Source: Octopus bimaculoides (taxonomy: Eukaryota). Taken from it: a stretch of 44,580 nt of DNA. A program made the translations under genes and the position numbers. Below, piece by piece: positions 35,496 through 44,580 of the stretch. The notes below the pieces were generated by a model, which worked only from the letters and a program-made list of their open reading frames with translations, had not been told where the DNA came from and ran no database searches. Location of the stretch: NCBI RefSeq assembly GCF_001194135.2, contig NC_069005.1, forward strand, positions 15,031,307 to 15,075,886, given 5' to 3'. Position 1 is the first letter of the stretch, and every line of letters starts with the position of its first letter.

Positions 35496-36628
35496 AAACT
35501 TTGTGCTTGAGCTGGGTATGCAATGTTCTGGCACTGTTGTTTTGGTGTCACTGATTCAACATTGAATCATTTGCTATCAGACATTTTAATGTTACTCTCA
35601 TGTCCTCTCTCTGTTTTGTAAATGGGTCTCCAGTTATGTTTGTATGTAAATGTAATCTCTCTCTGTCTCTCTAGTTTTCTATCTGTGATTATGTATTCCT
35701 GCATGTGTGCACATGCATTCAGCGTCCAGAATGTACTGTCATCAAAATGGAATGAACGTCCAGTTGACCATGCTGATGTATCCAAACAGCTATGCCCACT
35801 CGCCCCCTTCCTAGCTGAAATGCTGTGGATCATGGGTCTGCTCAATCAATTACAGTTGACCTGAGGTAAAAAAAAAAAAGAACCAACAACAATATATAAC
35901 GTGTTGGTGGTGGAGTTGGAGACAGTAAACTGTGTCATCTGAAATAAGAACTTACTGTTCTGTAACTTAAATCTCCATGACACAGTAAACAGTTGAGATC
36001 TCTTTCATACCAGACAATATTTTGACCTTACTTTGGATTGTGTTGATATGACCTTTGACATTCTATATCACTATTCAATTCAGTCACTGATACAAAGTTA
36101 AATGCCAGACATTTGTACCAGATTTCCAATGTATCAATACAAACTTCTACAGCCAGATGCCCTTCCTACCACCAACCTTCACCTGTTTTCAGTAAGGTAA
36201 TATTTCCTCATAGCCAGGCATGTTTTACATGGAAGACTGGAAATGAGGTTGCTCATTTACAACTATCATGTGATGACAAAGCTAAAGGTACATGCAAAAA
36301 CATGCACACACAGAGGCTTCTTTCAGTTTCTATCTACCAAGTGTTCTCCCAAAGCTTTTGGTTGGACTGAGGTTATAGTAGAAGGCTCAAGATGCTACAC
36401 AATGGGATTGAACCCAAGACTACATTGTGTGATTGCAGTAAATGAATGTCATTTATTTTAATATTCTGCACAAAGATGTCTGGCCATAGGGAAATAATAC
36501 TTTGTTTGGAAATAGGGTATGGATTGGTGACAGGAAGGGCACTTGGCCATAGAAAGTTTACTGAGGCAGACCTCAGTAAACTCAATAACATAATAATGAG
36601 GAGGATTCTCACAGACCCTAGACTCAAA

Positions 36629-36667
<39 letters not shown>

Positions 36668-37562
36668 TACTCAGTAAGCCAAATTTATTGACTAACAACA
36701 AATTCATTTTCCCCAGTTTCATCTCTCAACTGAGTGATGTAACTGAATAATTAGGCATTTTATGCCGTGGACTTTTAAAATTTTGAACACAGCTCTCAGA
36801 CAATACTAACTTTGTGGACTCCACCATGACCATCACTACATGCCAGGGGTTTGCAGACTCCAGGCTAGGAACTTCTGTCATAGAGGCTCCCTTACTGCTT
36901 TGAAACTGTTGCTGGTTGCTTAACAAAGTAAAAATATCAGCAGCAGATTACCAAAAGAACTGTTTTTCTAAGATCTTAATATTTCTGTTAGCATTTGCAG
37001 ATATCTCCTTTCTTGCAACAAGACAGCCACTTTAACTGGTTCTGCTACAGAAGAAGACTTATGAAGCTACCAATAGTTCTAAGAAAAAGAAAAACAAAAG
37101 AAAAACCTGCAACAGAATTCTGAGGTTGCATTACACACACACACACACACACACAAACAGTATTTATCTACATTAAATGTCAACACATCAATTTTAGAAT
37201 GTGAATCAGTGTGAGACTTGGTAGTCATTATGAATAAGGGACATCTCTTTCAGACCCTATTTTAGTATCTTCTGCCTTAAGTCATGAGTTCAAATACATT
37301 GCTGACATTTTGTTTTTTGTGGGGCAAAAAACTGTCTCAGCCTATCTAGCTGTTGTCAGTAGGTTTGGGGAAAGAGTGGTGAGGGCATTACTTTGTGTAG
37401 ATTGGTCTCCAGTCCAGAGGGAGATAAAACTTAGTCATGAGATCCCCCACCTCCACCACAAAAAAGAGAAAAAAAGCTCAGCGTGGGCTCTTAAAACCCT
37501 ATCAGAATTGAGAAAGCATGTTTTTTAAGAAGGGCAGGTAGTTAGATGACACCAGAATCAAA

Positions 37563-38130
37563 TATGAGGGGGTATTAACAAGTTCCTGGCTTTGGGTAAA
37601 AGGAAAAACAGGAGGATCAGTTAATCATAGTTTTATTCAACATATTTCCCTCTCAGATTCACACATTTATTGCAGCAGTCCTACACTTTTTCTGAGCTCT
37701 GTAAAAGAACTCAGAAGGTTGGGCCTCCAACCATGCCTTTTGCGATACCCTTAAAATCAAGACCTTTTCACCACTCCCTTGTATGTACCACGAGGACTGG
37801 TGTAGCTGATGTTGTCATAATTCTCTGTTCCTATGCCCTCATTAGGCAAGCACATCATTTGTGATAACTGTGTGGCATTTCTTATTGCAGTCACCTTATA
37901 AACATTGAGTTGTGTGCAGTTTATGCCTTCTGCCTTTCTATTCTTACTGCCCAAAACCCATTTCAATTGCCCTCAGCCTTTGTCCACCATGTCTCCAAGC
38001 TAAACAGTTCCATACTATGTCCTCTTATGACTTATTTTAATGTGTGTGCTTTACAGAAGTCCCTTTTACACACAACCTCTTATCTCACAGAGGGACTGTA
38101 CTGCCTGTTTGAAGTGATCTACAGTCAGGC
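37563..38130 (-). mobile_element. Degenerate, deleted mariner-like element
   Basis: Terminal tatgagggggtattaacaagttcctggct resembles mariner TIRs and is followed by the typical 3' terminal region; coding remnants are heavily decayed. Confidence 0.5.
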
Positions 38131-38599
38131 TGGTCATAAAGTAAGATAGTTTAAAAATATGGAACTCTACTCTTGCAGCCTTCATAACCAAACCAGCATA
38201 TCCACTAAACACTGTATATATGGTTTTAGATCTTGTTCTGTCAAGACCTCACTGTTAATTACCTTATCTTCCACTAAACATGGAACAAGGCATTGTGATG
38301 TAAACGTCTCATAGAAATTAAGAGACTTTTAAAGGCTGGTGCTTATCTACATGGCCCTTGGGGGTTCATATAAGACTTTGTTTTTAAAATTTATATGCAA
38401 TAAACTGGAAATACTTCTACAACATTCAAAATACTTTAACAATATTTAATACAATTCCTAATAACATTTAATGATAAAAATAAGATTTCTTTTAAACATC
38501 AAAGGTTTTTTTTTTTTGGGTGGGGGGGTCCAGGTGAATAAAATAGAATCAAAAGGGTCCATAGGCAAAAAATAGTTGAAAACCACTGTCTTGCAGGTC

Positions 38600-38890
38600 A
38601 CAAGTCTCTTTCCAGTACACTCTTGGCATTTTCTAATACTACTCCAGTGACCTCTATGCCTTGTAGTATGTTGATCTCCTGTCACCTCCATTCAGACTTA
38701 TTTGACCCATCTCCTCTCATTACCAGTATCAGCAAATTCCAGCTCTTTCTCTTTCTAAGCCCTCCAAAGTCTACAGAGGTATGTTCTAAGTAGTTTACAA
38801 TCTTCTGATCTAACGTGCAAGTCACTGGCAATTATGTTACCCGAGTATCTGAACCAGAAGTGCTGTTGGTGTTGTACAGAGGAAAGTGGG
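38600..38890 (-). pseudogene. Highly decayed RTE ORF fragment
   Basis: Minus-strand remnant resembling F.YLG..I......ED...R...W..; recognised by eye only. Confidence 0.35.
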
Positions 38891-39625
38891 AAGAAGAGTT
38901 ATATTTTTATTGTCAAATGCATTGTTTTATAAGTTGGAACAATGCTGAGATGATGGCTTGTTGGGTTTCTCAAGCATGAGCCATCAGAACACAGTCGCCA
39001 ACATACCGTAATTCAACAATCAGTTCAGATTTGAGCAAAGTGCAAGCTTACAGCCTTCAAATTAGGAAGATATTAAGCAGTACAGGAGCAGGCACTCCAC
39101 CTTGCTTGACTGTATATATATGGTTGATGTGTATATATATGGTTGAAAATAAAAGACAGGTGAGGGAACAACCAACAAGCATGTGTATTAGTTTGATGCT
39201 CAAGAAGAATGGAAAAGTCTTTGATGTTTCAAGCCAATACTCTTCAACAGAAAAAAAATGAGAGTAAAAAAAAACAAAATGGAGAGAGAAAAATAATGTG
39301 TCAGGGTTAAGAGCTTTATATTTGAGGCTCCACTGAAGCTCTAGGCTGTTACTCAGACACTCAACTATGAGTCCAGTGCATCTTATAGCAGAAACAGCTG
39401 TAAGCTAATGAAATTCATAAGATGATCATTTATTCCTTTGTCATCTCTTTTTCTTATTACCACTCTATACTCCACTAATTCTTCATTCTGAAGCATATGT
39501 ATATTGAGTTGTACACAAAGTTATTAGTATCGTAGTGTATATACATATGTGTATATACATGTGTATATATACATATATATATGTGTATATACATACATAT
39601 GAGTACATACATATATGTGTACATA

Positions 39626-40888
39626 TAGGGTGCATAAGATATTTGAGAACAGATTTATGTTTATAAAAACACAGATATATAATAACAGATACCTTTATTT
39701 ATCGAAAAATGCTATGAGGATAAAAATAAACCTTCTTTTCTATAATGTTATTCAATAAAGCCACCTTCAGCTTCAACAACTGCTTCTATATGAGATCTAA
39801 ATCATCTACATGCTCGAATCAAGTGGTCCTGGTTCATTTGGGACATTACTCTAACTATGGCAGCTTTCATAACATCTTTGGTGTTATGGGCGTGTTCATT
39901 GACCTCTCTCTCAACAATGTTCCACATGTAATAGTCCAACGGATTGAGATCTGGGGAATTAGGAGGCCAAATGTTAGGGGTTATGTGATTATGAAAATTT
40001 TCAGCCATCCATTCCTGTGTTACTAGAGCCATGTGTGATAGTGCAGAGTCTTACTGAAACACATATGGCCTTCCATTGCATACACTGTCTATCCAGGGCT
40101 GAACAATTATTTCCATGGCCTCAATGTAGGTGGCAGAGTTAACTCTAAGGCCTTTTGAAAAGAAGTAAGGAGGCATCACATGTCCTTCATTGCTGACAAC
40201 CCCTAAAACCATGACAGTTGCAGGAAATTTTGTATGCATAACACTTGGAACTTCAGAAGGGTCTGCACATAAGCATCTGTCATTTCTTCTGTTAATTTTT
40301 TGATCTTGGTCGAAGTTTTGCTCATTCAAGAAAAACCAAATCAAATCTTCTTCAGCTGGAATTTTCAGTTTGTTTAAGAGCCTTTTAGATCTGATATAAT
40401 GGTTTTCATTTGCTTTTTCTGACAAATTGATCTTTCCTCATCTTATAAGACTTACATCTGATGTCTTTGTGGACAACATTTCTGACTGTTCCTTCTGACA
40501 CAGGGAAATCTTTTGCAGTTGACCTCATTGACTTTCTGGAATTGTAATCAATGGTTTGTTGAACTTGCTGGATAAATTCAGGTGTTCTGATAATTTCAGA
40601 GTGTTTAGAATGCTTTTTCTGCTTTGATACTGGCAATATGTTTCCATCTTCAGTCTCTAGCTCCTTACAAACTTTGTAGATGAAAGATCTGGCAACCTTT
40701 ACAAATCGAGATATCTATAAATCACTATGCTCAGCCTTTATAACCACAATAACAGCATGCCTCTTCATTTCTTGAGTAAGCTGAGGGTCTGCTATTATTA
40801 TTTTCTGAAAAAAACATTATACAGAGTTAGCAAAAAGTACATCAATGACCCCAAAAAAGGTATGTCCTCAAATACCTTACGCACCCTG
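39626..40888 (-). mobile_element. Full-length maT-type (DD37D) Tc1/mariner transposon, inactivated
   Basis: TIRs of about 26 bp (cagggtgcgtaaggtatttgaggaca versus tagggtgcataagatatttgagaaca), TA on both sides (39624-39625, 40889-40890), length 1263 bp, inserted in a TA-rich microsatellite. Confidence 0.92.
39802..40768 (-). pseudogene. DD37D transposase pseudogene
   Basis: ATG at 40768 (MKRHAVIV...); FFLNEQNF (first Asp mutated, DE to NE), VMVLGVVSNEG, PYVFQ*DSA, WPPNSPDLNPLDY; 37 residues between the second and third Asp; contains stops and a frameshift. Confidence 0.92.
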
Positions 40889-40939
40889 TAGATATATGTG
40901 TACATACATATATGTGTATATACATATATATGGTATATG

Positions 40940-41007
<68 letters not shown>

Positions 41008-41057
41008 AATGTACATGTGTATTTACATACATGTGTATATACATATATACATGTGTA

Positions 41058-41462
41058 TTTTAAAGAGGATTGCAGTATGCACGTTTCATGCTACTCCATT
41101 TATTTAAGTAATGCGAGCATTACATTAAATGCAATATGTAGAGCAATCTTCAGCTGCACAAAAATGTAGAAAAATTACAGTAGAATAGACATATTATAAT
41201 TGTGGCAACATTTAAAATCCAAGCGGGAAGAAGAATACATAAAAATCTATCTTGACATAGCCAAGGCTAGCAGGATTTTTATGTATTCTTCTTCCCACTT
41301 GGATTTTAAATGTTGCCACAATTATAATATGTCTATTCTACTGTAATTTTCTACATTTTTGTGCAGCTGAAGATTGCTCTACATATTGCATTTAATGTAA
41401 TGCTCGCATTACTTAAATAAATGGAGTAGCATGTAACATGCGTACTGCAGTCATCTTTGAAA
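41058..41462. repeat. 405-bp near-perfect palindrome (fold-back/MITE-like)
   Basis: Arms 41058-41247 and 41274-41462 with a 26-nt spacer; the inner 160 bp differ by about one substitution and one indel. Confidence 0.92.
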
Positions 41463-41606
41463 TCCGTGTTGCTTATTTTGATTTTTTGATCACCTTGCTT
41501 TTAGAATGGTTTTTGTATAATACCATACTATATTCTGGTGCCTAAACATAAGTACTATATTCAATTTTGAATCTAAATCTATATACATGTGTATATACAT
41601 ATATAT

Positions 41607-42391
41607 NNNNNNNNNNNNNNNNNNNNNNNNNNNNNNNNNNNNNNNNNNNNNNNNNNNNNNNNNNNNNNNNNNNNNNNNNNNNNNNNNNNNNNNNNNNNNN
41701 NNNNNNNNNNNNNNNNNNNNNNNNNNNNNNNNNNNNNNNNNNNNNNNNNNNNNNNNNNNNNNNNNNNNNNNNNNNNNNNNNNNNNNNNNNNNNNNNNNNN
41801 NNNNNNNNNNNNNNNNNNNNNNNNNNNNNNNNNNNNNNNNNNNNNNNNNNNNNNNNNNNNNNNNNNNNNNNNNNNNNNNNNNNNNNNNNNNNNNNNNNNN
41901 NNNNNNNNNNNNNNNNNNNNNNNNNNNNNNNNNNNNNNNNNNNNNNNNNNNNNNNNNNNNNNNNNNNNNNNNNNNNNNNNNNNNNNNNNNNNNNNNNNNN
42001 NNNNNNNNNNNNNNNNNNNNNNNNNNNNNNNNNNNNNNNNNNNNNNNNNNNNNNNNNNNNNNNNNNNNNNNNNNNNNNNNNNNNNNNNNNNNNNNNNNNN
42101 NNNNNNNNNNNNNNNNNNNNNNNNNNNNNNNNNNNNNNNNNNNNNNNNNNNNNNNNNNNNNNNNNNNNNNNNNNNNNNNNNNNNNNNNNNNNNNNNNNNN
42201 NNNNNNNNNNNNNNNNNNNNNNNNNNNNNNNNNNNNNNNNNNNNNNNNNNNNNNNNNNNNNNNNNNNNNNNNNNNNNNNNNNNNNNNNNNNNNNNNNNNN
42301 NNNNNNNNNNNNNNNNNNNNNNNNNNNNNNNNNNNNNNNNNNNNNNNNNNNNNNNNNNNNNNNNNNNNNNNNNNNNNNNNNNNNNNNNNNN
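41607..42391. other. Assembly gap (N run)
   Basis: Seen directly in the sequence. Confidence 1.
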
Positions 42392-43009
42392 AGGTTATGA
42401 GAGGTAATGGTGTCAATAAGACCCAAAGGTGTCAGGTAATGCTGAGTAAGTGCTATGGATAGACGACAGTTAAGCTCCAGGTTCGGTGATTATGTGAATA
42501 AGGGGTCCAACGTAGGTCATATATCAGCATGTGTATATATAATTTTTTTTCAGAATGGAGATAAAACAACCAAGGCTGTGAAGATTTTAGAACATTTATA
42601 AATAGGCCTTACAGCAGTTTCCAGGATATTTATTATATCCCTTCATTGGAGTAGTCATGTTGATCCTCAACAAAAGAAAGCCACTCTGCTCCAGCCCTTT
42701 CTTTCATACTTTACCCTTCTCTACTCCTTAGTCTTCTAACAAAGTTCTCCCTCCCCACTCGGGGTTTATAGTCTTACAAGCTGCATGGCCACCTCGCTTG
42801 TGCTAGCAACATAATAAAAAAAAAGCACCCTGTAAACTTTGTAAAGTGGTTGGCATTAAGAAGGGCATCCAGCTATAGAAACCATGCCAACTAGATACTG
42901 GAGCACAATGCAGTCCTTGATACCATCAGATCCTGTCAAACCTTCAATCCATGCCAGCATAGAACATGAGATTAAATAACAATGATAGAAGCATATATGC
43001 AAATATATC

Positions 43010-43420
43010 ATCCCAATCATTTAACATCCGGTTGTCCATGCTGGCATGGGTTGGACGGCTTGACCAGAGCTGGCAAAACAGAGAGCTGCATGTGGTTCCA
43101 GTCTAACTTGGCACAGTTTCTACAGCTGGATGCCCTTCCTAACACCAACCACTTTACAGTATACTGGGTGCTTTTACGAGGCACCACACAGGCACTTTTA
43201 CGTGGCATCATATGGGTGCTTTTACGTGGCACCACACATGAGCTTTTACATGGCACCACCAGAGGGACCAGTCTTAACACTTCTACTGTGGAGTACAGGC
43301 CTTCTTGAGTACAGCAAGGTGCCAGGCACCTCGGTCCTTTGTGTTCTTGCCAGAAAGGTTCAGCATCCTGAGGTCGTTCTTCAGTACTTCATCCTATGTC
43401 TTCCTGGATCTTCCACTTTC
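43010..43420 (-). mobile_element. RTE-tail-derived element with an internal repeat of about 25 bp x4
   Basis: Starts at the inverted tail catttaacatccggttgtccatgctggcatgggttgg; gcttttacgtggcacca-like unit repeats over 43160-43260. Confidence 0.75.
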
Positions 43421-44222
43421 ACATGTTCCATCTATTTTAAAATTTTAAGCACTTCTTTATGGACATGTTGGTGTCCATCCACTTCTCTCTTGCACACAGC
43501 AACTAATTCTTATACCTAATTTCTCTCTCAAAAGTAGCACTCTGGTGAACATGTACACTTACATTACACATCTAGCATGTACATTTACATTACACATACT
43601 AACCTCATTCCTTTCATGTCCTCTGCAAGAGCATCCAGCTGTAAAAATTATGCCAAAACAGACAGTGAAGCCTGGTGCAGTCATCTGGCTTGCTAGATCC
43701 TGTCAAACTGTCCAATCCATGCCAACATGGGAAAATGGACATTAAATGATGATGATGCTGGTGTGTGTGTGTGTATACACGCACACACAACAGATTTCTT
43801 TCAGTTTCCATTTACCAGATCTACTCACAAGGCATTGTCTGGCAGGCTGAGATTATAGCAACAGACACTTGCCCAAGGTACCATGGCAATGGGACTGAAC
43901 CTGGAACCATGTGGTTGGAAAGGAAGCTTCCTACCACACAACCATGTCAGTGCCTATATGTGTGTATGCATGTTAATATATATGTCCATATATCTATGCA
44001 TACCAATATGCACATACATATACTCAACACATACACACAAGAATATATGTATATGCATGTATATATACATGTGTGTGTGTATATGTACATATGTATTTGT
44101 ACTGTCATCATTTACTTTTCCTTGCTTGCATGGGTCAGACAGAATATGCATGTGCTAGTATATTTATGCATAAATATATAAATACATAGCCTAGTCACCT
44201 GTATTACGAACCAGGTGATACA

Positions 44223-44580
44223 CCTCTGTACCTGGCTTTTGTTGACATGGAGAAAGCCTTTGACAGGGTCCCCCGATCCCTTATCTGGTGGTCAATGAGG
44301 AAACTTGGGATAGAAGAATGGTTAGTGAGAGCTGTGCGAGCCATGTACAGAGATGCTGCCAGTAAGGTGAGGGTTGGAAATGAGAACAGCAATGAATTCC
44401 GGGTAGAGGTAGGGGTCCACCAAGGTTCCGTCCTCAGCCCCCTCTTATTTATCATAGTCCTCCAGGCAATCACAGAGGAGTTCAAGACAGGTTGCCCCTG
44501 GGAGCTCCTCTATGCTGATGACCTTGCCCTAATTGCGGAGTCACTATCAGAACTAGAGGAGAAGTTTCAGGTGTGGAAGC
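44223..44580 (+). mobile_element. 5'-truncated young RTE-clade LINE; reverse-transcriptase domain with open frame, continuing beyond the window
   Basis: PLYLAFVDMEKAFDRVPRSLIWWSMRKLG...GVHQGSVLSPLLFIIVL...WELLYADDLALIAES...: 119 codons without a stop, with intact D.EKAFD, QGS.LSP and YADD motifs. Confidence 0.95.

Noticed and set aside
36960-37095. Strong-looking minus-strand acceptor before a short open frame (EPVKVAVLLQERRYLQMLTEILRS)
   Set aside because: All frames hit stops before any plausible donor.
39325-39410. GAAACAGCTGTA motif suggesting another hammerhead in a possible Penelope-like remnant
   Set aside because: No intact CUGANGA at the right position and no stem I could be drawn.
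41490-42462. Long ORFs of 270-310 aa
   Set aside because: Almost entirely N gap.

Overview
AT-rich eukaryotic genomic DNA that is almost entirely non-coding and dense in repeats, with two assembly gaps (16749-17454, 41607-42391). The SINE and RTE repeat families and the microsatellite load resemble those of Octopus; this is inference from recalled repeat families, not a database hit. No intact host gene is recognisable. The clearest coding remnants are: a full-length disrupted DD34D mariner (6500-7736, +); a full-length disrupted DD37D maT-type element (39626-40888, -); a decayed DD41D/rosa-like element (about 8753-9520, -); a Penelope-like GIY-YIG 3' fragment (about 10110-10690); and several RTE-clade LINE pieces, one with an uninterrupted reverse-transcriptase frame running off the window end (44223-44580). 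The rest is three or four tRNA-derived SINE families, RTE 3'-tail fragments, TTAA-flanked and palindromic MITEs, and mini- and microsatellites. Best second-look items: a minimal hammerhead ribozyme fold in the Penelope-like tail (10584-10627), a local inverted duplication of a SINE plus its flank (25024-26029), a 405-bp near-perfect palindrome (41058-41462), a fold-back-terminated 34-bp array attached to an RTE tail, and a few possible minus-strand exons of an unidentified gene (low confidence). I found no evidence of a new multi-gene system. Most entries in the ORF track are microsatellite, gap or repeat artefacts. Boundaries of degenerate repeats are approximate.
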